Below the pieces are notes generated by a model. The model ran no database searches. It had not been told where the DNA came from and worked only from the letters and a program-made list of their open reading frames with translations. From contig NW_003526943.1 of NCBI RefSeq assembly GCF_000181795.1, forward strand, positions 10,322,253 to 10,384,460: a DNA stretch of 62,208 nt. The letters are read 5' to 3'. Below are positions 42,422 through 55,279 of the stretch, piece by piece. Source of the DNA: Trichinella spiralis. Lineage: Eukaryota. Made by a program: the position numbers and the translations under genes. The first letter of the stretch is position 1. The number at the start of each line of letters is the position of its first letter.

Positions 42422-45059
42422 TGTTGTAGAAGAGATAACAGCTGCAAAAAATACAACATTAAAATTAGCAAACAAAAGTAAAAAAAATTACCACACGCTT
42501 TATCACACTAAGCAAGTCTAGGAGATGACACTTAATCTACGGATAGTCATCAATAGCAAGCATCACAGAAGCAGCAGCAACTAACAAACAAACAGAAGGC
42601 TTCGTCGTATCTGAAAATGGAAAAATGGTTAGTCGTTTGAAAAACAAATTTATATATCACAGCATGCTGACCGCATTGCATTCAATGAGGATTAACCTAC
42701 ATATTTGAATCAGATATTTTTTAGTTCCAGTGCACTGTATTTTCAAACAATGCATAAGAAAACAAATAGAGAAACTCAAATCTAGCAAAGATCACAAAGC
42801 GGAACCATCATAACAAGGCCTTATCATAGTATGTTATCAAATGGAGAACAAATTAGGGGACATTATTACTTCGTCAAAGGCAAAGAAATTAGCATCATGA
42901 ACTGTAGAAAGTTATATTCAACAGTCAATATGCAATACATTAAACAGTTTCAGACACATTCCACATAAAAAATTGACATCGGGCTTTGTTTTATGAAAAA
43001 TCTTATTCTTTTATAATTAGCAATAATTTCACCTGACCTCTTAAACCCCCCATATATGTCATATACAGGTTAATCTTTTGATCCCTATTGAGTCACCATT
43101 GCCAAATGTTATGCTAAAAAATAATTTGATGAAATTGCCTAATATTACAAATCCATACTTTTAACCTTACCTCTAAACTCATGTCAAAGCAATCATTCCG
43201 TATACTATATTAAATGCATTTGCAAGATCTAAACTATTAAAGGACAATGCTACAAAATTTTGATGTCGAGTTATCATGCATCATTTATTTGAACTTGTGA
43301 CCTTATATAAAACATCATCAGAAGCTGTATAATTGACAAGTGAATAATGTCATACACTTTTTAAAAATATTTTGATGAAAGCTATGCAATTAGCATTTTA
43401 ACGGCATCAGCATATGAATTCCTTAAACCATTCAATTACAATGCCTATTTTATTCTAAAGCAATATATTAGAATTCTATAATTTTATTTTAACTGACATT
43501 CAAGAAATGCATAAAAAACTTTATTTTAATGAGTAATATAAATTTTTTGCCTTTATTTCTCACATTACACTTTTAATCAATACTAATTAGTGTAAATTTT
43601 TGCCTTGAACGGAAAGTTAAGTCATATATTAATTTATCATCACAAAATAATAAACAAACTTTGCTGCTTCAGACAGAATGAAAAAAATATTTAATTTATC
43701 CATTGTACAAAATTTGTTAACTTTTGTAATGAATTGAAAATTATGCACCATATATTTCTTTTTACATTAATAACTTCCACAAAAGTTCTTTACACAAAGT
43801 TAAATCAAAATTGTATGTAGAAGTTGATATAATTTATTGTAAAATTGTGCATTTTACGTTGAAATTATTTCTTAATTGAGTAAGTAAAATAAATTGCGTG
43901 TTTAAGTAAGTAATTGTATATTTAAAAATTTTGTTCCATTTTACTGAAAATGCCATACTTTATAAAAATTGAAAAGTTGATTTTTGACAACAACAGTAAA
44001 GTGATGTCTTTAAATTGGTAAAATGAATTATTAATATACAAAAAGTGATGCTGAGAGAAGTAATACATCTCGTAAACAAACTTACGTTCAATCATGTCCA
44101 CTTTTTTATAACCTGCTATTACTTATTTATTGTTGAACTGTTGTATGTTAAAACTTAACTTTTGCGGTAAACAAAAATAGAGAGACAGTAGTGAAAATAA
44201 TCTTAAAATTTGTTTAGATACATCAATATAAAGCAATATACTTGGCAGCTGAAAAAAGAAAACCAAAGTATCTATTAAAGAAAATGTCGTGCAAGAAGCC
44301 GTAGAAATTAGCATATAGAATTAAAATATGAATGAGAAATTATAAAATGTTTGACAGAAACGTGCAGGACAGCAAAAGCCTCGATTCAAAATGCTACAGC
44401 AAGCTCACCCACAAGCTACACCTTAAAACTAATACATGAAAAGACAATGATAGCAGTAAACTTTGTGTATTGATGGTCAGTTGTCATCAACCTATAAAGC
44501 AAATAAATTTGAAAAATTTATGATTTTTCAAAATGCATACTCAAAAATTCACGCTAAGTCTGTAATTAAAAAGTAATGCAAGCGAAAAACACATGCATCG
44601 GATTATTTAATTTCACATGCTTGTCTAATATGACATTGAACAACATTCCAATTCTGAAATGCGCAATCTATGTCATATCAAATCTACAATATATTTTTCA
44701 GATTTGCAATTCATGGTATATAACTTATTCTGAAAAATAGAACAAAACTTCTGTGGATTTCAATCGATGTACATTTACAGTTAGCACTAGCATAAGGTAC
44801 AGTTAATTGCCATGAATTAAATTTAAATAAGAAGTGTTTATGTATGTTTGGTATCTGAACCAAAAGCTTGTAAATTGCAATTAGCAGACTGGGAATTAAA
44901 ACAAATCTAAAAATAAAAAGTGTCTTCAGTTATTTCTGAGTACTTTTTATAAGTACATGTTATCTTTGTGTTTTGTACATGCCACTCAGAAATGCCAGTC
45001 TTCTAAATAATTATTTGTGTGGATATTTATATTATATACATTCCACAGCGGCAGCCTGC

Positions 45060-45840
45060 TAAGGGGCATCCATTCTTCATTAAAATGAACAAAACTGCTC
45101 CAGGACCCGTAACATTTCAGTCAAGCAGTTCCACGTCAGCAGATGCATCGTGAGCTGCAAAAATTCTGTTTCCAGCTGCAATTTGACTGTTTTCTTTGTT
45201 GCCTCTTCATGAATGTACCTAAATCTGTCACTTTCCGCAGAACTGCTTGGCAGAAATGAAAGCAGCAGCGTTGTATGTGGACGCCCGGAAACGATCCCTT
45301 CACTGAAAGGATGAGATCGGTCTCAAAGATGCAAATTATTGCTTGCGTTAAAGGAAAATCTCCAACACTGCCTTTATTAACATTAAATTACAAAGACTTT
45401 CACAATAATTGGCAAGATCTTTTCTAACAATTAACAAAACAATGTACAAGGGAAACTAATTCACATTCTATAAAAACCTGAATAGTGAACATCTGCTGAT
45501 GCTATTCAGGAACAGTTTTAAAAGTTCTATTCATGGACAAGACAGAATGTTCTGATAAAACTTTAAAATTTTTTTTGTACAAAATATTAAAACAGAATTA
45601 TCTATGATCGAAAATGTCACCCAAATTGTGGACTTGCCAGTGACCGCCAGGAATTTCCAATTGCTAGCGTGTTGCTAGCAGTCGAAGAAATCTTTTTGCC
45701 TGACTTCTATACATCATGATCTTCACTCTTCCGTCTGTTGGAAACTGAACAGCCATTTTCGAATCGGCAGATGCACCGCTGGCTTCCTCATTGTATATCT
45801 GCAGAATAGGATTTTTTCTTCTTCGGCTGCTCAGCGTTCC
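45060..45840 (-). mobile_element. Degenerate MULE (Mutator-like) transposase
   Basis: AAEE..PI.QIYNEEAS...MYRSQAKRF and IICIFET...FPGVHIQRCCFHFCQAVLRKV (CxFH motif), with stops. Confidence 0.75.
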
Positions 45841-47417
45841 AAATTATTTTTCTTTTTGATTTTGTATACAATGGAACTGTTAGGAGTACAATTATCAGCA
45901 TCAGATGCAAATTTCGACACATTATATCCATCTAAGTTGGCATTAGCATATGCATAATTGCAATCCAATCCAAGAATATGCAAAAGAAGTTATGACAATG
46001 AAACAGTTGAAGGCTAGTGTCACATTTGTAAAAATTGCGCCAGAAAGAAGATATCATAGGCTCAGATAGACGCGCCTATGCTATAGTGGTTGGAATTCTT
46101 CGATTCCTTTTGGAAAAAAAGGGGATGAGGGAGGCTGCTTGTTTCTAGACAAGAAAAGGCGACATCAGCGAATTTCTTTTGAATAGAACAATTTTTCATA
46201 ATAAAGCTCATCACAAGCTAATCTGATGGAAAGTTTTCATGATAGTGCTGTGTATTGTCTGCGCTGTTTGTGTTTTCAGGTCGATCAAACAAACCGTACA
46301 TTTAACAGTCACTTAGACAATAATGTACGATGGACTGACAACGCCAAAAGGTATAACACGGGTGCAGCAGTAGAGCAGATTTCGAAAGATGAAGTAACTG
46401 GGACAAGAATATCAACCGTATTTTGTTAGTCTATAAGAGCACTATGCTTCAAATCTGCTGCCACGTCATACTGAATAATGTACGAATGGAAAATATATCT
46501 GCCTGCCCATTTCATTTACGGCTCGTCAGGTTATCATCAGACAAAGGTTGCTTGTTTACACATTCAGCACCTACACGTTATAGCATGAAATGATCATGGT
46601 GCATGACGAAGTAGCTCAAGATGCAGGTTAAGAATAGAAACGTCAGAAGAACTGATGCAACAAGATTGAAAAATTGAGTATAATACGTTAAATGTTTGAA
46701 TTTATATTATTCATATTTTTTCTGCATTTTGTATGATCCTTTTGTGCTTTGCAGTGTTTTACAACAATATTGTGAAAGTCACTTATAAATTCAATAAATT
46801 GCATACATAGCAGCAATCGATTAAATTTTTTAAATATTATTATTATACACCACTTATGCAAACATTTAACTGAATGATTTCATTCACCTGCTTACTTGTT
46901 GTAACAATACCATTCATTTTACCAACAGTAGATCATAAGATTGCAAGCATCTTAATAATAATGCAGACAAAACAATAATATCATTTAATTATAAAGAAAT
47001 CTTGAATGTAATAACAGAAAATATTAAAAAAAACAAGAAGCGATGTATCACACAACACAGCTTTTCAATACATGCAATACAAGTGCATAAACAAATATAA
47101 AAAATATGCGTGTTTCACAGTTGTAAATGATTGACAGCTAATATACAAGGGCTTTAGCATGACTTGTGGCATGTAAAATGAACTGAGGTGAAAAGCTGTG
47201 TAAGAAAATTACACTACACATTGTTTGTGTAAACTGGCGCAAACAGAAGACAAAGAAAACCAGCTTCTTGACATCTATCTGATTTCTGATTGTCAGCTTA
47301 ATGAGAGGGCTGCAGTTCTACACGAATGGACTTCTGCATTAAATTATTAAAATTTCAGATAACTTTCATCAACTGATAAATGTTGCTAAACACGTAAATG
47401 AATTTGCAAAAAGAAAC

Positions 47418-50400
47418 TCATATAATCACGCAACAACGGCAATAACGGTGCTGATTACGACGCTGGTGAACAGGAGGAGTTGCAGGAGCGAAGTAAGCGT
47501 GAACCATGACTGTTGGTAAATTTTGCTAAAACAACAAATATGCCTCAATCATGCTTTTTTAAAGTTACAGTATAACGTAGAACGATATTGTTATTAGCAC
47601 AAAATAAAAATGGAAATTTTACCTTAAATCTGCGGATTCCACTTCGCGTAACTTGTTGACAGTCGTACAATTCAATGCGTTTCAGTGTGCGACATTCTTG
47701 TAAGCTTTCCAATGCTTGGTCAGTTATCAACGGACAGTTGTCCAATTCAAGCACATTCAATTTCTCTTGTGCACTAAGACCCTGAGCCAGAGACCGAATT
47801 CCTTCATCTGTTATCAATTCACAGTGCGACAAACTCTTAAAAAATGTAAGAGAAAAATACATTTATTTCTTTTACCATCTTACTCTGCCTCCCACTTTCC
47901 CTCCAAAAAACAATTATTATTAATATTCAAACTTTCTCACCAGCTCAATTAAATTACGGCAACCTGTCGCCAAATGAGATGCTGTTTGATCAGTTATCTA
48001 CAAATAATAACGCTACATATATACGGATAATTTTATACGTCAACACAGAACTGTTATCGCACTAACAAAGAAGCATATGAACACATACCAAAGAACAATC
48101 TTCCAAATCCATTCGTTCAAGATCGTGACAATTCTGAAAAGGAAAAATGAAATAAATAACTCTTTAAAAGCAACACTTGCTGTTGCTTTATAGCTGTAGC
48201 AAAAAATAACTGTTAAATTCCCGTCTCGCTTACTTTAGCCAAAGCATGGAAACCACTGTCCGTTAACAATGAACATCCGGACACTTCCAAATCTCTGAAA
48301 GCATTATTAAGTAAAGTTGAGAAGCATTTTTTAAAATTTAAATCAAATTCTTAATCACTTAAGCAGTTGGCATCCAAGAGACAAAGACTGTAGAGCTCGA
48401 TCTGTTATTCTAGAACACATGGATAAACAAAGATAATCCAGCCGATGGCAACCGTTTGCTATGTAACTGATTCCTTGGTCAGTGATATGCTGAAATAGAA
48501 AAAAGACACAAATGACATTATGTTCAAAAAAACAATCAATATCATAATTTTAAAATATAATTTGCTGTCCTCTATGTGTAGTACACAGAATTTATAAATA
48601 AATATAAATGACGTACAGAATCAATTTATTTCAAAAGTAAATTTCTGGAAAAAGATGTATGAAAGTTGGTTAATCTTAGAATTAAATCAATTATTACTGT
48701 GTAGAAAATTAAGCATTACCGAACAACTTTGCAAGTTGAGAACCCGTAAATCGTGACAATGTTCACCAACGTGTCTTAAGCCTTCGTCCGTCAACTTAAG
48801 AAAATTCAATACAGATTAGAATCAAATAATTCAAAATGAATAGTTAAAAAAACAAGCAATAAATAAATAAATAAACACTCACCCCTGTACAGCCTTTGCA
48901 AATGAGCGCCTTCATTCTTTTGCTGCCCTTAGCAACGGCTTCCAAGCCTTCGTCCGAAATGTGATTGCACCAAGAGATATTCAACCATTCCAGATTTGGA
49001 CATCCATCACTGAAAAATCAAAAAAAAATTCAAAAATGAAAACAAAAGAATTATTAAAAAAAATTAACCTGATAAATTTTAAGCCTCGTTCGGTGATCCC
49101 CGAAATACAATCCAAATTCAACACCCTCAACCGTTTGCAATGCAAACCCAAACTTTCGCATGTACTGAAAAAAAAGAAACAAATCATAAACATCATTTGC
49201 ATTATTGTTGTCAATAAAAATTTTAGGTAAATGGTAAAAACGTATTCTCACCTGTCGCTCAAGCGTTTGCATTTTTCAAGATTCAATTCTTCAATGAAAT
49301 TGCACTTTCGTGCGAATGTGCTGAAATGATTTTAAAATTGACATTACAAAATTTTTTTTGTTATCAAAAAACACAAAAATAAGATAATATTAAATCATAA
49401 ATAAAAATTTACTCCAATGCTCCATCTTGAACACTTTCACAGCCTCGAAGGCTCAGCTTTTTCAAAAAGCCGCCGCAACGTTTGGCCAAATTTTCAACAA
49501 CGGATGCCTGAGAACAAAAAAAAGAAGAAATAATAAATTCACAATTTTCTGAAAATGTCATAAAATTGTTTTTTCAACATGCACAGTCAAACAGCGCAGC
49601 GGTTTTCAATCTCACTTTTATAAATGTCTAACAAATTTAGTTTCTCCCATCCTGATGACGATGATAGTGAAGATTCATATTTTTCACCCGCTATAAAATT
49701 CGATCTTATTTTTCTGATTGGCTCTTCGCTGATAAGCTGACGGCGTTTGATCGGTAACTGGCAATTGACTTATGCTAATTTATTTATTTATTAATTTCTG
49801 AGGTAGAATTATTGATCAAAACTGAATAACAAATAATATAGCACAAGTCCATCACCAATTACCGATCAAACGGCGTACCTAATTTTCAACCATCTGAATG
49901 AGCACTGCTTCAATAATTATTTTTTATTCTTTTGTTCACTGTGAAACTTTTAACAATCATGAGTAGTGGATAAAAAATAAAATAAAATAAAAACAAAACA
50001 CTACATTCAGTTGGTATTAGAAACATCCCTTCCAAGTGTACAGTTAGCTGAAACAACTATTTGTTTGACTGTCACAAAATTAAAATTGACAACTTTACTG
50101 CTGTTTTTCTAAAATGTGAGTAAACAAAAAATCAAATTATTTATTGATGTAAATGTTGGGAGTAATTAAAAAAGAACAAAATTACCGTTTGACTTAATGT
50201 TTTCTTCGACCCTGTCTACAGTACAATTAGTAGATGTAGAAATGAATCATTTCATAAGTACAGTTACTGTGTTAGTTAAGTTAATGTTAAATGGAAAATT
50301 AATTTCATTTAAACAATACACATCGCCTCACTTCAATAACAAATAAAAACACAAATTTAAATAAAAGTAATCAACTTCCGCCTTAAACAAGTAAATTAAC

Positions 50401-51434
50401 TGTTTCAGGAAGTTACGTGGCTCTTTCGACTCACTTCACTAATTTCTTCATGCAGTTGCGTTTATATATATATATTTTTTTTTAAATTATTACACGTATT
50501 TTTTCAACATAATCATACATTTTTTTCCAATAAAAGTGAAAATTTTAAAAGCAACTTTCAAATAATGAATTTGAAAATTGTTTAAATTATTTTTTTTCAA
50601 TCATTCGTTACCTTAATATCTTTTTGGAATTGAAATAAATCAACATTCTGCCAATTGCTTCCGTCCAAAGCTAAAATGTTCCACGTACGACAAACTTGAG
50701 CACATCGACACAAACTAACAATATCCAAATAGGAAAAGATCCTGAAATGAAACAATTACTGTAAAATTTTTCAACCAATCAAAAACAGACAAACTAACCT
50801 GAGTATTAGTTCTTCTGGAAGTTTGCGATTCATCAAACCTTCTTCATTTAACGGAGCAGACGAATGCAAATTAATCTTAAATTAATGTAAAATAAAAATT
50901 AATAACAAAAATCTTCTCTTAAACAACAATAAACAAATGCATTAAAAAGTGAAACAATTTATTATATCATACCGTTTTAAAATTTTTCAACCACAATCTG
51001 AAAACTTTCCCGATTTTATTTTTAATTAATTAATGTATTTATTTTTTAAAATATCTGAGAAAACAGAATTGAATGGAGACAATAAAAATGAAATTTTTTA
51101 ATAATTTTATTTATTAATAATTAAATTTATTGAAATTTAAAAATTTTTAAACTTCCTACGACCAAAATACTGTTTACTGCAACCAGACAATGGTGACGCA
51201 ATGTAAGATGACAGCCTTGTTTTTCTTGACGGTAGACAATGGAATGGCAATGGAACGGTCAAAGGGTCAGCGTTCACGCTGTATACCTGTCAACTTCGGG
51301 GATCAGTTACTGACAACTTGTCAAAACTGAAATGTTACTGACAGCGCGGCTGTTCCAATCACAGGAGCCACACAGATTAAACGGTTGTACAAACAATCCA
51401 TTTTAATTGGATTTTCCTCGGAAATTTGAGCCAT
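47418..51434 (-). CDS. FBXL20: F-box/LRR protein FBXL2/FBXL20 ortholog, many small exons, C-terminal CAAX (CVII)
   Basis: NRKLPEELILRIFSYLDIVSLCRCAQV..WNILALDGSNWQ, RCGGFLKKLSLRGC, LRRs, VHAYFAPATPP...YCRCCVII. Exons upstream of 50877 are tentative. FBXL2 versus FBXL20 cannot be resolved. Confidence 0.9.
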
Positions 51435-52560
51435 CAAACACGGAATGAAGTCAACCAACATATATAAATAAGAGTGAAGAGGGAAGAGAAGCAAAAAAGT
51501 TAGCTTTGCAAACGTTTCGAACCGCTATTCAGCTATTGTATTATTCCCCGTTCTTGATTCAACTGATTGAAATTGAATAAAACAAATTAATTGGTTTTTG
51601 GGATCNNNNNNNNNNGTGGGGAAATGGAATAAAATGAACAATATGACGATGTCAACGCAGTAGCAGTAGTGTTGATAACATCAATATACGCCAAATTGCA
51701 TGACGTTATTCGAGTTGTGGCGTTGATTTAACTAAAACCTTTGCAAATGTTATAATAGAAGAAAGATATACCAAAAAACATTTTAAATACCATTACTGTT
51801 GTTACAGAAGAGAGTTTAAAAATGTTTTTTATTCTATTGCTTTTTTGAAATAGAATATAATTTGACTTGTAAATGCACTGCAGCATCTATTTTTGATTAT
51901 GTTTATGAAAGAAATTATTTATTATTTGATTTGCATATACTCAAATAAGCCTGCAGTAAAAGTAATGTCGCGCATTTATTTGCTTTGATTTGATTTGCTA
52001 TTTATTTTATTCGCTTGATTTATAGCATCTGTTAAAAAATCTTTCTTTCAAACTTGCAGATCTCTTTTATAAGTGGACTGTATGTTTTTATTTATAACGA
52101 TCCAAAACAGTTAATGTTGTTTTATTCAATTTCAATCAGTTGAATCAAGAACGGGGAATAATACAATAGCTGAATAGCGGTTCGAAACGTTTGCAAAGCT
52201 AACTTTCTTGCTTCTCTTCCCTCTTCACTCTTATTTATATATGTTGGTTGACTTCATTCCGTGTTTGATGGCTCAAATTTCCGAGGAAAATCCAATTAAA
52301 ATGGATTGTTTGTACAACCGTTTAATCTGTGTGGCTCCTGTGATTGGAACAGCCGCGCTGTCAGTAACATTTCAGTTTTGACAAGTTGTCAGTAACTGAT
52401 CCCCGAAGTTGACAGGTATACAGCGTGAACGCTGACCCTTTGACCGTTCCATTGCCATTCCATTGTCTACCGTCAAGAAAAACAAGGATGTCATCTTACA
52501 TTGCGTCGCCATTGTCTGGTTGCAGTAAACAGTATTTTGGTCGTAGGGAGTTTAAAAATT
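51142..52560. repeat. Inverted repeat, arms 51142-51605 and 52099-52560
   Basis: About 460 bp of reverse-complement identity with a few substitutions. The left arm runs into an N-gap. Confidence 0.9.
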
Positions 52561-52875
52561 GATGAGCATGTATAGAGAAACGATTTCTCAACAGCATCAT
52601 TATTGGTTTTGTTTGACACTTAAATTTCTCAGCTGTCAGAGGGTACTGAAGGAGATGGCTTTCACGCATCGCTACGTCGTATAAATTTGAAATTATGCAT
52701 CTTCTATTATTTTTCGAAAGAAATTTAAAAGCCCTAAAATACAATTCACATTTTGTTTGAGTTGCTGTTATTTGTCATTTTCTTGTTTTCAACGTTACGT
52801 TGTTTAATGTGTTATCACTGTTTGTATTTGATTGTACTTTTTTATCTGTAAAATTTATTCTATGATGCTCTACTG

Positions 52876-53636
52876 CAGTGGTTCTTAAACTTTTCTGGGC
52901 TGCGATCCACTTTTGAAAACGGTAATTTTTCGCGACCCACCTGCTTGCAATGCATATTTTAAAAGGCAAGAGGTGTGAAATAAAAAATATTAGTTTAATA
53001 CTTTAAATTTTTAAATGCATACGCCTAATTATAATGTATAAGTTTATTTGTCAAATGCATAATGAGATGTACGCAAACAGTGGGCTTGTTTTCTGTTTTG
53101 ACTGATGACTTCATCGACGTCCACACTAATACGTGTTAGTTTTAGTCGTAAAGTGTTGGATATTTGTAGCTTATTTCGAAATTTGCTTTTAATTCCAATA
53201 TTGCTGAAAATCAAATTTTGCACAAGTTGGAAGTAGTGAAAGGAAGCAGCACTTTTAATGTTGCGGTAGAAAGAGTTGGATATGTGTTTTATTCAAACTG
53301 ACAGCCAAACGTTTGTTATTGTTTTATGATCAAAACTGACTTTAAACGAAGAATCTTCAGACAAATCGATTAATTCTCCATCTGCTTTTGTGGATATGTA
53401 GGTACGGACAAGATCTGCGTGCCATGAGAAACCGGACAGAAATAGTGATTCTCAGGTCATAAGTAACTGAATCATAGCTTAGTTGTTCACCTAACAATTT
53501 TCGATGAGTAAAAGTCTCCTAACAAAATGAAGACTGCTCCCGTACTTTAATATTTTACGCGACCCTCCCCCCCCCCAAAAAAAAAATCTGACCGCGATCT
53601 GCTGGTGGGTAGAGACCCACACTTTGAGAACCACTG
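52876..53636 (-). mobile_element. Internally deleted hAT (Buster/Charlie-type) transposon
   Basis: TIRs CAGTGGTTCTTAAA / TTTGAGAACCACTG. 8-bp TSD ctctactg/ctccactg. Remnant dimerization domain ELIDLSEDSS...IKSKFRNKL...LRLKL...QAH. Confidence 0.88.
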
Positions 53637-53929
53637 CTCCACTGCATATATATATATACAAAGTAACATCATCAACTGCATTACTTAATGTTAAGTAAGA
53701 AGTTGATAGAATCTACAGCAATTTCTTTTTGCTACTCCTTCAGAATTGTTCAAGGGAGAACTTACATTTCAAACTTTGGGTGTTCCTCAGTCCGACTATA
53801 AACTTTTCGACTTATTGCTAATCACAGGCAGATTGCAACGGATTGAACATTTTGAAAGCTTCTTTCAAGCTATCTATAATTTAGTAGTAGTAGATTTTAC
53901 ACCTTAATCCGGGTACCTGTCTATATATG

Positions 53930-54545
53930 TAGACACTTGAAGTTTCGTCATGTTTAAGGCTTATTATATACTAGAAGGTCTGTGGCTCGTCTTGTTGCTG
54001 CCATGGATGAGAACATTCATCTAGAAGTAATGGACTACTGGAAAGAATTCAGCACTGCTGATTGTTTGTGCCTTATTATGGTATCCGTTAGGGAATTAAA
54101 AGTTGAGACGGTAAACGCGTGTTGGCGCAATCTATGGGCAAATTGCGTATAACTGTCGCATTGGCACATCAGGTGCATGGCGGTAATGTCTAAAACTTGC
54201 AGGAATTAGAAGTAACAGAGCTAATTGAATCTCACATGAGTGAACTTACAGATGAAGAACTTGTAGAAATGACTGCGTCGATTGATGAAATAAAAGATGC
54301 CGATGACAGATGAAACTGAGCAATTAACTTTGTAAGAACTTGCGGAAATTCTGCTTATACACTTAAGCAGGAAGAAGAAAAACCTTTTGAAACGGACTCA
54401 AATATGGTTCGCGCGATTAAGTATAAAAGTGATTTGGAAATAGCTGCGGAACCATATCAGCAACTTCTGAAAAAATGAAAAAAAAGGAAGAAACAACTTC
54501 TGATAACAGTGTTTTTTGAAAAAGATACGCCGGACGGTACAAACA
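53930..54545 (+). mobile_element. Degenerate pogo/Tigger (TIGD1-like) transposase C-terminus
   Basis: FKAYY, MDYWKEFSTADC...TVNACWRNLW, VTELIESH.SELTDEELVEM, with stops. Confidence 0.75.
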
Positions 54546-55279
54546 CATCTGGCAAGCTTGCATAGAAGAACATGAGTGAATGATGTGAATGAATAGAAGC
54601 GACAAGTATTCAAAAAATTCGACATTCGACAAATTATTTTTTATTAACTTAACACTTTTATCATACTTCTAAATATTCTTTACAATTTGAAATAAAAAGT
54701 TTATTCCATGCATGTTTCATTGTTTACTATTAAATTCACCATTTCATGTATTAGGGTAATGAACGCATTTTATTTAGTAATCTAAGTTTATAATTATTCT
54801 TATTATCATGCCATATATGTGCTACATCTATCATGCAAAGCTATGCAAATTATATTATTGCATTGTATAAATGGCCTCAGACATAATTTCATGAATAACT
54901 TTATTTCTAATAATAATAATTATGCAAAATTAAGACTTTTCCTTTTAATAATATTAGGATTTCTTTTTTGTAAATATTTATGCTTGCTATTAATAAAATG
55001 ATAATATATAATCAAAGTTAGTAATAAATTTTAAATATATTACGCAATTTTACATTTGTTGATTCCAAAATAATCTCTGAATTCTTTTATTTATTAAATA
55101 GCATTCAGATTTTAATCATAATGAGTTACTTCTCATTACATCTGCTTTTAGGTCATGACAGAAATGCAAGCTAAAATTACACATTTGATGCCATTCAAAT
55201 TTGCTGTTTTCTCACGATTGATTGTTTGAAAATTCAAGGAATTGCAAAATTGATTTGATTCTTTTCTGCTCTGTTCAGA

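Larger units (their letters stand above)
39789..42774 (-). repeat. Copy 2 (complete) of the polyQ/Ser-Glu-repeat gene cassette
   Basis: Shares sequence from 39789 onward with 59163 onward, and 41848-42774 with 311-1237. Confidence 0.92.

Noticed and set aside
45110..45190. AHDASADV resembling a DEDDh exonuclease motif
   Set aside because: It lies in an alternative frame of the MULE remnant.
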